Assembly (NCBI RefSeq): GCF_006345805.1
Contig: NW_021836134.1
Location: 335,440-399,439, forward strand
Source of the DNA: Octopus sinensis
Lineage: Eukaryota
DNA: 64,000 nucleotides
Direction: 5' to 3'
Position numbers and translations under genes: made by a program. Below, piece by piece: positions 35,046-47,068 of the stretch (positions are counted from its first letter, which is position 1; each line of letters begins with the position of its first letter). Under the pieces are notes generated by a model. That model searched no databases. It was not told where the DNA came from and saw nothing but the letters and a program-made list of their open reading frames with translations.

Positions 35046-36479
35046 TTAAAGCCTATATATTAATTTTTATAATAAAAGTTATATTCTACTAAAATCAAAT
35101 TTAAAAGAATCCAGTTAAAACTTTAACATTACAAAAATAATTGAATTGAGAAACATTGTAATTTATAGAAAACTACGTGAGAGCATATCTCCAATCTGTA
35201 AAACTTTAAAGTGAGAGACTTTTCCACGACATAATTTTGAAAATAAAAAATCAGGAGAGCTTTGAGGATGTATGGACCCCTGACGATCATTTCGAATAAT
35301 GATCGTATTTTTGCCAGGTAGACAACATTACTATTCGAATTATCCAGATTACTAATAATAATATTCAAAATCATCCAATAAAGAATTCAAGCTAATCTTT
35401 TTGATTAGCTATTCACAATGAGACTATAACGTTGCCAGGGCTCATTCGATTCAAAATAAATCAGAATAATGTTGAGCAATGATTGCTAATTAAATGCATG
35501 AAATAAATTATGTCCATTAAGACAAATTTACAGACCCTTTTCCGTTTCACTATAAAATTTATATTTTCTAGACACACAACAATACAAAATATTTAAGTTT
35601 GGAAAATCACCATGTATTTCAGTTATCTACTAGTACAAGAAACGAATTCCGTTTCATTAAACATTTCTTCATTCAAAAAACTACAGAAATCAAAATCTCA
35701 ACGTGTCTCTAGTGATCCTCACAATTAGAGAATAAGTAATTAATTTTAAAATTTGCTTTTCAGCAATGTCAGGCAAGTTTACTTCATAATCCTTTTACCT
35801 CTATTTATTTCCATTTTGAAGTTCTTTTGTTTATCGACAGAAATTATATTCTCGCAATATTTCCACTGATTTTAATTTTTCGTCAAATGAGTTATTTAAA
35901 GTAAAAATATTCTCAAACCAAATTTGTATTTTACTAACATTTTTTCCACTGTTTAGTCAAATCAACCGTCTGTATTGGACACTTTCTTTGATTTAAAAAA
36001 TCATTATTTAAAAAATGAATTATTCAAGTCGTAAATAACAAATTAATCATTAATTACTAGACAATTGTATTTTACAAAATATTGTTTACAAGATAGAAAG
36101 AAAGAGGAAATGTTGAAAAAAATTACAACAGCAAACATAAACTACCCCTAATTAACTAGTATAAATACTTTATCGGCGCTCATTAAAACTTGAAGTAATC
36201 TGAAAATGAATAAAGAAACGGATGAATTCTATACAGTTGATTCATTGTATTGTTTCGAGAAAACTCTTTAAACAAATTCTTTCAGTCAGAACAATGAAAC
36301 AACAATACAGTCTAACCCGGGGTGGGCCACCAAAGTGTCCCAGAAAGCGGAGGGCCCTCCCAAACAGGGGTCATGTTCAAACTATTTAATTATAGTTTCA
36401 TTTAATTTAAATTTCGTTTACTTTGCGAACAAAGAACTCTTTCAAATCTCCATAGTGTTTATATGCTGATAATACAATA

Positions 36480-36984
36480 CAGTGCTGGTAGAAAAAAAAC
36501 CGGTTGTGCAGTACTAACTTTTTTTTGATTGGGCTCCGCAATCTCCAGACAATTTTGATTGGGCTCCGCAATCTCCAGACATGAACCCAATGGAACATGT
36601 TGGGAATGATGAAGCAGAAGTATTCTTTAGATCCTGCAAAAATAACTGGATCTGGAAGTCAAATTAACAAAAATTTGGAACGAATTGCCGTCTGAAAGTA
36701 TTCAGAAGTTAATTGATAGTATGCCTAACAGGTCATACGAGCTATTTATATCGAGGATACCACACAACATATTAACTGTTGATTTTGTTAACTCTTTTGT
36801 TAAAACCGGTTTTTTATCACAAGCAAAAATTTAAATTTTTAAAATTTCGCCGATTATTGAAATTTTTTAAAAGTAAAAAAGATATACATATAATCAACTT
36901 CAAACTCTTATTCATTTAGAAAATTAATAGCTATCTGCCAAAAAAAGTTAGTAACTGCAAACCGGTTTTTTTCTACCAGCACTG
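36480..36984 (+). mobile_element. Tc1 deletion derivative
   Basis: TIR CAGTGCTGGTAGAAAAAAAACCGGTT, TA TSD on both sides, internal APQSPDMNPMEHVG. Confidence 0.9.
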
Positions 36985-37009
36985 TAAGTTGTGCTTTTTT
37001 GCTCTATAG

Positions 37010-37141
37010 CAGGGGTGCGCAAGTGCGGCCTAAAAAAAATTACTATATTAATATCGAAAAAATAATGCAAAAATGTGCGGCCGTGGAAGAGAAGGAAAAA
37101 AATGCTATGCGGCCGCAAACCCAAAAGCTTGCGCACCCCTG
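37010..37141. mobile_element. hAT (Charlie/Buster) MITE, 132 bp
   Basis: TIR CAGGGGTGCGCAAG; 8-bp TSD CTCTATAG. Confidence 0.93.
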
Positions 37142-37716
37142 CTCTATAGTTTGATATATTTCAGTCTGTTGTTCTAAAAAGGACTCTAGAAAGCATGGTA
37201 GTTGAACACAGACATGGATGAGAGTGAGAGTATCTGCCGAAGAATACCTCTGTTGCTTACCAGGTTGCAGAAGTGGCATGCTGCCGTGACACGCCGGTGA
37301 AGATACACATTTTAAGTCATGTGGTGCATGAATTAATTAATTATGATTAAAATATTCATAGACCGTAATATAGTCATGCAAAATCAAATTATGAACTAGA
37401 ACTAAGAAAATTAAATTCAAAATATTTTTCTGGCATTTAATGAAAACAAAAAACATTTTTTTTCTGACTTTATGATTCGATTATTCCAACGACGTAGGCA
37501 GTCATGTCTTCGACAAACGACTCCTATTCCCCAGAAAAATCAAATAAAATAATAACCCAAAAATGAGGAATTGACCTTTTAAAAACGTTCTTACTTGAAT
37601 GGAGTTTATGGACAATTTGGATTCTGAATTTTTCAACAATTCAAATTGTAAAGTTTGCCCCCATTCATCGCAAATAGAGGTAAATGCGAGACTTTTTATA
37701 TTATAGTCATTTAGAT

Positions 37717-39240
37717 CAGTGGTTCACAACCTTTATTTTTGTATTATTAGAAATATTTTTTATTAAAAAAATAAGATTTTTAATGAGATCCTCGCGGTTG
37801 ATGAAATTGACAAGTTTTTCAAAATTTATACTTCTTTTCGTAAGTGTAATTCTAATGTCTTCTCTTTTTCTATGTTAGTTTGTTTCTTTTTTCCGATCAT
37901 ACTATTCAGAGTGCTGAATCCTTGCTCTACGCAGTATGATGTAGGAAAAATAAAATTACTGGCATCATTTTTTTCATAATTTCGGGAATTTCATTTTTGT
38001 AGATTTTTCTGTCCAGAATTGACTCTAGTTTTCGTTTTAAATTTTATTTTGAGTTTTGGTCGGTCGTTTTTTAGTTCTATTAACTCTTGTTGACATTCAT
38101 CGTCAGAATCATAATGAATGGCACCCAAGGATTAATCATCAATCAGAAAAGTTTAAATTAATTAAATCTTCAAATCTTTTTTTCAAATCTTGTTCCAAAG
38201 ATTCGAAATGAAATTCAAATTTTCAAATCGTTGTCATCAAAAGTGTGGTCATAAAAATCGAATTTTCCAAATTTCTATTACTCAATTAAATTTTCTAAAA
38301 AACACGATATTTTCCAACCATAGCCATCAGTTGCGCACGATAAAATATGTTCCAAGGAATATTATTTAAGAATAAGATTGAAAACATTTTGAATATGACA
38401 ATCCTTGGTATCCGTGATTAAAGATTCTAACTCTTCTTGCAGAATAAAATCATCATCAAAATATCTGTATAAAAAGTATTTATAAAAAGTAATACCTTAC
38501 ATATGCCATAAAATTGACTGGTTATCAACGATAACTGATTCGTCAAATTGGACTGAAAACTTGCGTTCCCTGAGAAGTAAAATTAAGGATTGTTCAATTT
38601 CATTAGAAATTTCATCAATTCTTTTTCGTGGGGTGTCGTTGCTTAATGGAATAGTCTTCATAATATTTGAAGAATCGTTTTGTAAGATATCGTTTATAAA
38701 TAAATTTAAACAAGGACGGATAACATTTTCTGCAATCGAATGAGCAGTACTTATAATTTAATAATAATGAAACCATTTTTGTAATTATCTCTGCAACTTA
38801 TATGAAAAAGATAATCCAGAGACATTTTGAGATATATTTTTATTAAAGATTGACTGTAAGGTGTTTTTATTTTCAAAATTCTTTTTAATTCTAGAAAAAA
38901 GTCTTCCTTTTTTCCAATGAATTATGATATTTTCGCTTTAAATGTTCAATCAAACGAGACGATTTCTTTGCTTAATTCAAAAAGATTGCACCCCATTGAG
39001 GCAAAGTGGTTTATTAGGATCTTGAGGATCTTTAATAAAGCCAAGAGAGAAATATATTCATCTTTATACATTCTGACTTTTTTGAGCACGACCCATAAAG
39101 ATAACTAGAAATCACGCTTAGAAATTTAAATAAATTATAAAAAAAATATCATATTTATTCATTATTTCAATTATCGCCCCCATGGTGAAATAAATCGGAT
39201 CATCCCTAAGGGGAGAATCGTCCACCGTTGAGAACCACTG
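37717..39240 (-). mobile_element. Degenerate hAT (Buster) transposon
   Basis: TIR CAGTGGTTC(A/T)CAAC; 8-bp TSD ATTTAGAT; internal ESLEQDLKKRFEDL-like remnant. Confidence 0.88.
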
Positions 39241-39329
39241 ATTTAGATAATATCATCCAAGAAAGATTTTAAATTCATAGGCAATGTTTTTACAGTCAAT
39301 ATTTCTCGATGCAAAAACAATGTGATAAA

Positions 39330-39830
39330 ATCATCTCATTATTTTTAAATTTAACAGATGAAACAAGTCCATTAATACGACCAAACATATGGGGCTCCAT
39401 CTGTACATGTACCAATACAATTGGCAAATGAAATATTATTGATATTGAAATAATCGTTTAATATTGTGAACATATCAATTGCTCGAGTAGTAGTTAAAAG
39501 AGGCTTATAAAATACGAATTGTTCTGTAATTTTCCCAAAATAAACAAATCGTATATATACCAATAAATGTGCCATTCCGAAATATCCTCAGATTCGTCAA
39601 GTGAGTTTCTTTAATAAAAATGAGACACTATTTTCAATATTCTCCGACAAACCCAAATCCGACAAGAAGAAAATGTTATCTGACAAAGATATCTTCAATA
39701 TTATTTGTTCATATTATGCCTAAACACAGTCCGAGCAATAATACGACAAGCAGGGATTATCAAGTTTTCGCCAATAGTGAGGTTTTAGTTGTTTTGCTAT
39801 AAATTCTGAAATCAGATATGAATTTTTAAT
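39330..39830 (-). mobile_element. hAT/Buster transposase fragment
   Basis: EQFVFYKPLLTTTRAIDMF...CIGTCTDGAP. Confidence 0.75.
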
Positions 39831-39904
39831 GATTCCCTGTAATTACAAAAGTTTCACTGAACATCATTTGACTAGATCTACGAACATAATAAAAACTAAT
39901 AATA

Positions 39905-41092
39905 CAGTATAACCTCCATTTGGGGAGACCTCTGGCTGGGGAACCTCTATTTTGGGAGGAACTCTATTTTTGGGGGTAGTTGAAAAGGATATAATTTTTA
40001 TGCGGTAATTTCCAAATTTAGAAATTACCGGAACCTCTAAGTGGGGCACACGGATTTTTAATTTATATACATATTTGCTATTAAAATTAAAATTAATATA
40101 TATAAATTTTCATTTGGAAGCTTCGTGTAATTTTGTATTCTGTTGTTATGGCTCGTAAGCTTAGTCTTGAGTTAAGATCAAAATTGCCAAGGAATTAAGT
40201 GAAAATAAACATCTTACTGAACGAGATATTGTAGATAAGTAAAAATTAGTAAAGGTTTTTTATTAATGTAAGTTTTTAGGCGCTGTGGTCACGTATTAAA
40301 AAAATTATCTCAATTTTAATACTGGGGCTGTTCAAACAGATTTTCCATAAATATTCAACGCTCTCCTCATACTTATCCCAAAAATTGGATAAAATTGTTT
40401 TTGAGGCTTTCACCAAGACAAGGGAAGAATTTATTCCTGTGGTCCGGTCCTCTTTAAAAAATATTGCTTCCAAAGTAGCAAGGATGGTTGAATTATTCGG
40501 CGTTAAGGGGATATAAAGTATGAACAATACGAATTGTTGGGAAACAATTAATAAACTGTCGGCAACAGATTCCTAGTTCAAACTTTTTAGTTAACAGTGA
40601 GAAAGAAAATTTGGACACGATAATTGCAGACGTAATTGCTGAAAATGAAGAAGAAAATAATGATGAGTCAATATATGACCAAACTGAATGCAACTGTTCA
40701 CACTTGGACACGATAACAGCAATGAATAACCTTGAAGAGAATATTCACCGTTTGTTTCCCGATGCGTTAAAAGACTATTACAATTTCAGGAAAATATTGG
40801 GCATACATATGAAGAAATCTGCAACAGGAAACAAAATAACAGATTATTTTCGTGTATAATAGAGTAAAAATTTTTTCTACTTGAAAAATACTCTAATTAT
40901 CAATAAAATTAGTGGAAAACATGTTAAATGTTCTTAAAATACTTTATTTATTTATAAATTAATGAAAAATATGCTAGTAGAACTATTAAAATTTTTTATA
41001 AAAATAAAGAAAAATTTCAGACCTCCATTTTTGGGGAAACCTCTATTTTTGGGGAATTTTTCAAAATTGATGCCCAAATGGAGGTTATACTG
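39905..41092 (+). mobile_element. Tc1/mariner-pogo-type element with decayed transposase
   Basis: 20-bp TIR CAGTATAACCTCCATTTGGG, TA TSDs, subterminal ACCTCTATTTT(T)GGG repeats, HTH-like MARKLSLELRSK. Confidence 0.85.
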
Positions 41093-41564
41093 TACTTTTA
41101 TTGTTTTTCAGAAAACAAAAACGAAAAATTATTTGCCAAGAAGACCATGCAAATTAAACATTGAGGTTAGTTTATTTTTATCATTGCATATAAATCCAAA
41201 TGACAAATAAAAATCTTTATAAGAACTGACTTACCTAAAAGCACGTTGATACGGAGGTTATTAAAAATTAATAAATAATGGTTAACTAATGTAAATGTCA
41301 TAACTAATGTAAATGTCATAAACACAGTCATAAATACAGTCGAATGGAGAATATAAACATTTAAGCGATCAAGGATTAAACAAGTAGTGTTTAAAAATCA
41401 CTTTTTATAAATTTAATAAATTTGTAATTACTTAATTTGTCATTTATGTTAAAACTCAATAAAAAATTGGATAATCTATTTAAATGTATATACCTCAAAG
41501 CTAATTAAAAATCCATACATTTTATAATTTAGTTGTATCTATTTCCTAATGTGTGCATAGCTAA

Positions 41565-41703
41565 GTACTTACCTGGTCGTGCATGTTTTTATCAATTAGG
41601 CAATGTGCATTCGCTGGCCATCCATTGCACTTTGGGTCGCTTCGAGTGTGGTCGGTTCCATACGGGCTGTCCTACGGCGTATTTTTTCGTGTACTTCGGT
41701 ACA
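41565..41703 (+). ncRNA. U1: U1 snRNA, compact (~139 nt)
   Basis: ACTTACCTGG 5' end; helix H GTCGT/ACGGC; SL1 loop TATCAATTAG; SL2 loop ATTGCAC; SL3; Sm site ATTTTTTCG; SL4 TGTAC-TTCG-GTACA. Confidence 0.9.
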
Positions 41704-41789
41704 TTTTTATTTATAAATTTGAAAATTTTTTTTTAAAAATCAATGAACCACAAAAAACAAAGTAAATAACTACAAGTTAATTAATAAAA

Positions 41790-42330
41790 GCTTAATGGGC
41801 GGGATGCCGACGCGATCGAGAAGAATTAGAGCGTACTATCGCGAGGGATATCCGCTCGAAAAACCATTTGATTCGCGGGCGTCGCCTGTGATAGCAGACA
41901 TGCGGGACCCGATCTCCTGAACACCAATTATCTCACAATCGTCGTCCATAAAAGTACCGAATGAACTGTATGGAAATGCGTGGAGCCATGCACCCTTCCC
42001 GTGTTGTGGCCCAGAAAGCAAACAGACAAAACAGTGTTGGTTCAACCCCCGCTTTAGGTCATCAACAATAGCTTTGCACAATATTGCGTCCCAACAATTC
42101 TGTCTCGAGACATCATCCTGGATCGAAAGTTCAGCTTCCTTCTACTGCAAGCAAGCCTCGTCAAATACTGTGTCCAAGGATAGTAGTGTGAGTTTGGACT
42201 TTCTGGACGAGATGACTGCAGCTTAAAAGCGATAAGATATGCCGGAAGTGCGAATCCAGCGCCGACCTGATACCCGTGCCTCCGTGTGTAGTGTAGAAAG
42301 CTTGTAAAAATTTTTTGTCGGAGCCACAAA
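41790..42330 (-). mobile_element. CRE-clade non-LTR fragment with internal deletions
   Basis: HGKGAWLHAFP..FGT.MDD; EIGSRMSAITGDARES..F.RISLAIVR. Confidence 0.7.
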
Positions 42331-42499
42331 GAAACTCTTAATTATTGATTTAATTCTTGAAGGTTGAGAATTTCTTTTCTAATCTATAAAAATTCATCAA
42401 AGTTTGCATGAAGATTATTCAGAACATTACTTACTTTATTACAGAAGCAAACAAACTCATTCCAAATCAGTATTCTGTTTTTTTAACAGTAAGGAGAAT

Positions 42500-42830
42500 G
42501 AAAATGTTGAATCTTCTCAATAGCTTCCCACGAGAAATAGCAGCTAAATACAAAGCTATATATAGTGTTTAGGATAGAAATTAATTTTTTGATCCAAAAG
42601 AATCAACATGTAATTACTGTAAAAAAGCCAAGAAATCCGTTGATCATTGGTCAGAATGTTGAACAGTTACTACATGAGAGAAACATAACGAAGTTGTAGG
42701 ATGCATATATCTGTACATATGAACAATGTGTGGCATTGAAAAATCTAAATGTATCAACACAAATTCAGTTTGATCGATATTACGACACTGAAGTGAAAAT
42801 CTGGGTGAAAACTTCAATTTTTTTATAAAC
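42500..42830 (+). mobile_element. R4/Dong-like non-LTR fragment (CCHC before RLE)
   Basis: CNYCKKAKKSVDH and KHNEVVGCIYL in shifted frames. Confidence 0.55.
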
Positions 42831-43384
42831 TAGCTATATAAAACCAGAAAAAAAAGAGAATAAAATAGTTATTAACTAACTAAATTCCCGGCCTCGTAAA
42901 TGGAAACACAGTTTCCACGTACTATAGCCAAGGAAACACTTCAATTGTGATTGACATTCAAGTGAAACACAATTTTTGTTTATTGAAAAGTAAGATCGTG
43001 ATTTTCCCAACTGTGGAAAGACCTCAGTCATTAAAATTTTATGTATTCTGGACTCGATACAATTATCTAGCGGTATAAAGTCTATTGATGACGATGAAAT
43101 CATTGCACTGTTTCAAGAAGAATATACTGTTGAAGATATCATGCTTAATGCAGAAGATGGCCAAATCGATGAGAGCTACGATATTAGCCAATCACTTTAT
43201 TTGATGGAATTCAAATTGTCATAAATTAAGTTATGTTCGAATTGCTTTTCTCAAAATATAACAAAATACTGTAAAAAATTTGAAAAACATTTCGAATGAT
43301 TTACAAAAAATTAATTAAAAAACTATACAAATAACTTTATTCGATTTTTTCAATAAATAATTGTGTTTATAAACAGATTAGTAA

Positions 43385-43650
43385 TTTGACAATATTCCCG
43401 TACTCGTTCGGGAAAGCCCTCATATGGGATGTTACCGTTGTGGATGCCTTCTCAAAGTCGAGAATCGATTCCTCCGCTGCGAATCCTTGTTCGGCTGCAA
43501 ACCACGCCGAAAGGATGAAACTACAAAAGTATTCTCCCCCGCGGACTGTTTGCGTATTACGCCAATCGCCCGGAGCCGCGGGAAAGGAGGCTGACTCGTT
43601 CTTCAACGAGGTCGGGGTTTATAGATCAAAAAGGTTTCAAGACTCATAAA
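43385..43650 (+). mobile_element. CRE-clade RLE fragment
   Basis: LTIFPYSFGKALIWDVTVVDAF...AANHAERMKLQKY. Confidence 0.75.
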
Positions 43651-43899
43651 TAGCGAAAAGTAGAACAAAGAAATCTGGAACGTTGTTTTGATTTGGTAGA
43701 GACAGAATGCTCTCGTTACTAAGAGACCAAATATATTCAAGAGAAGAAATTTGTAGTGTGATAGCAAAATGTGTCTATTGCCAAGTAATGTTCTTAATCA
43801 GTGTTAGTCGAAAGATTTCATGGCAACAAAACCAACTATCACCCCAAAATTGCAAGAAGACCTAGAGATCGGTATATTGCAGATTTAGTGGATCTAAGG

Positions 43900-44880
43900 A
43901 GATATTCAAATCTTGACGGCAATTGTGGATGAATCTTTTTTTGAATAAGTCATAGTTGGTTTTTATAATCGACTCCTTTTCCAAATTTGGACTGATTGTT
44001 GGTGTATTATTTGTGGTGATATGAGCGCAAAGATCCCGATATGGTAAAAAATCAATCTCTCAATTCAAGAGGATCTCTACTATTAGACCAATTTGATGAT
44101 TTAGTTATCCTCAACAATCCCTCATCTCACACCAGAACACGTCAAGAAAAGGCTACGCAATTTCTTCTCCTGACATCTCGCTTGTGTACTCCAATTCTGC
44201 CCCTGTTACTTCTTGGAAGGTCATTTAAGACCTAATTTGATCACAACCCGATTATTATTGAGAATGTTCCTAAAGCCCAACATCGACATTCAACGGCGTT
44301 GTTATACGAATTACAAAAGAGCTTTCTGGGACGACTACAGTCTCGCTCTAGAAAAATCATTGAATGATTTCGACATTATCAACTTTCGTTCGACTGACGC
44401 AGCAGTCAATATCTCAATGCACTTATCATCTTGACCTCCAAAAATTCATTCCACAGGAATTATACCAAATTTCTCCCAAAGTTAAAGCCACGAAGTAAAC
44501 GCCCTTATAAAGACCCGTAACAAACTGAAACGGAAAATGGACAATTTGAGTGGAAATTTGCAAAAACCAAATCAGCTGAAGAAATAACAAGAAAGTTAAA
44601 AAAGATTTATTCAAGAACCTATCAATAAAAGACAGATCCATAGTTGAAAATGAGAAGGAATGGCGATCTTCACAAGCATAAGAAGTATCGACTGAAAAAA
44701 AGGAGAGAAATTCACAATAATTGAGGGGGAAATTGTATCTGAAGGATGTAAACGGGCTACACAAGCTCGTCATTGTGTCCACGACCAATCGATTGTAGCG
44801 TGCGAGAATGGTTGTGTTTCCTGTGGTGCACAGAAATCCGAATATTAAGGAGGAAAAAGTGATGGAAAACGATCGCGAAC
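43900..44880 (+). mobile_element. Degenerate APE-type LINE fragment
   Basis: CIICGDMSAKIPIW, NSRGSLL..DLVILNN, NYKRAFWDDY. Confidence 0.65.
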
Positions 44881-45398
44881 AGGATCTGATGTGCAACTTA
44901 CAAGGGTAGCCCGTGAGGACGGCTTGCGTACGTGGGGAAACCTAAACGTGTCGCTTGCCGTCCGGTCTCTAACAGTTTAGGTACTGCTAACTCGTCTCCA
45001 GAGGTGAATGCACACCAGAGGAAGACCGCCCGCGCCGGTGGTAGGATTACCTTCGGCGTGGTAGCACGACTAGAGGTCTTTCCCACCTTTGGAAGGCCTC
45101 AGTCGTTAAAATCTTAGGGTTTTGGACTCGATACAGCCGTCTAGGCTGTATCGAGTCCTGAAGAGGGAGCCCACCCAATTCCTGCTCGAGTGGAGGAAGT
45201 CTGAAGACTTTTCCAGTTTCGAAAGGGAGCTGGAAAAGTCCATCCCGTTTGTATAGTTCGACGGAACAAAATGCAGAACTAAGTGATGAGTCAAATTCAA
45301 ATATTAAGAATGACAATAAAAATACTGAGCAAACGTGCATGAAAACCTGTTAAAGCTGGTAAGGAAAATGAAAAACGTCGTAAGTGGGAAATATAATA

Positions 45399-47068
45399 TG
45401 TGACATGGTTTGCGCGATACATAGGGCCGCGCGATACCTGACGTGACCTTGAAATGTGCAATTATGACATTGATGGGATTAAATTATAAATCTTTTAATT
45501 AGACCGCGACTCATTCTTATCATTTAATAATTTACTAAATTAGCTAAAGACTCTCTCATTTTGACAAAAAATTATATTTGTAAGAATTTAATTATCAGAA
45601 ATTAATTTTTTTGGTGGGAAACCTAAATTTCTTGAGTTATTCTAGCGTGCAAGTATGTTTTGCAGCAATGTCCTCGTACAAAGGTTATGTAAAGAATAGT
45701 TTGGAATATCAAATTTTAAAAGATGTTTTACAGGATAAATTTCCTGAACATCTTACAAAGCAAAAAAAATATAGACTAGTTAAGAAAATTGAAAATTTTA
45801 CTGTAATTAATGAAAGGTATCATACAAATTGTAAATGTATAGATTGTATCTTAAATGTGCGAATTCAGATCACAAGCTAGTGATTTGTCTGGACAATGAA
45901 CCCGAAATGGAGATCGTTGCTAAAAGTTTGCATGACTTCTTGCATGGAGGAGTTAACAAAATTGAATATGAATGTCGACAACGATATTTCACAGTTAAAA
46001 ATGAGATTATTCGAAAAGTCATTCGAAACTGTGAAATTTGTAAATTTGCGCGACCCTTAAAAGTTTTAACTTTTTTAAATCCTAGATTGGAGATATAAAT
46101 AACCATGTCTTTGCATCTTGCCCAAATGAAAGATTTCAGATATATCTTATAGATCTGAAAAGTTTTTCTACTATAAATAAAAATTTTAAATGGATTTTAA
46201 CGGTCATTGACGTATATAGCAGGTTAGTTTTTTAACAATTTTTATAGATTTGCATTTGCGAGGCCGCTCTACACTAAGTCCTCAAATGAAGTTTGTGAAA
46301 ACCTTATTTTTCTTAAATGGTCCGTGTCAATTTCTTCAGTCCGATAATGGGACTGAATTCAAGAATCGTGAAATGACCAATCTATGTGAGGAATTCAATA
46401 TCAAACGAATTCACGGAAGGCCAAACAATCCCCGCTCACAAGGGATTGTCGAACGCTTCAACCAGTCAATTACAAAAAAATGGCAAAAATGATCGACAAT
46501 GATAATAAAAAGTGGCTGGAAAAATTAGAAAATGCAGTGTACAGTTATAACATTTCTGTCCACTCATCTTCTAATGAGAGCCTTTTGAAAGATACCGGGG
46601 AATAAGTGGAATAAATACAATATTTTATGGTTGTAATTATAAAATTATTCCTTAGATAATTCAAGTAATGATTTGTTGAGTCCTGATCAAGTCGATGATG
46701 CAAACAATTGTCCGAGTCTAATTGAAAATTCATGTAATTTGAATTTCTATATGTAGATGATTGTAATTATTCGTTTACAAGTCCGAAAAGATTGCGACTG
46801 AATAAGTTTGAATCTCCATATTATCCATCTGCAGAAATTATCAGTATTTTATCAAACAATCGCGTTGAGGTAGTTTAAACATTCAAATTTAGTAGATAAA
46901 AAATTCGATGAGCGAAATTTCGATTGTGCCAATGTCCAGACTTAAAAAATAATTAACAAGTTATTATTCTTTGAAGTTTAATATTAATTACAATATTGAC
47001 ATTAAGTTAAGCTGCAAGGTCACGTCAGGTATCGCGCGGCCCATAGGTATCACGCAAACCATGTCACA
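45399..47068 (+). mobile_element. Ginger (Ginger2/TDD-like) DNA transposon
   Basis: ~50-bp TIRs with TGT...ACA ends, 5-bp TSD TAATA, integrase with HHCC and DDE core. Confidence 0.88.
45668..46600 (+). pseudogene. Ginger integrase-like transposase with three micro-introns, probably inactive
   Basis: LHDFLHGG..CEIC; ERFQIYLID; IDVYSRFAFARPL; QSDNGTEF; SQGIVERFN; introns 45817-45842, 46063-46085, 46223-46247; apparent frameshift in A-run near 46475. Confidence 0.8.

Noticed and set aside
45165-45285. RNase P/MRP RNA (ACCCAATTC, GGAAGTCTGA)
   Set aside because: CR-I and CR-V-like words are in the wrong order and cannot form P4.
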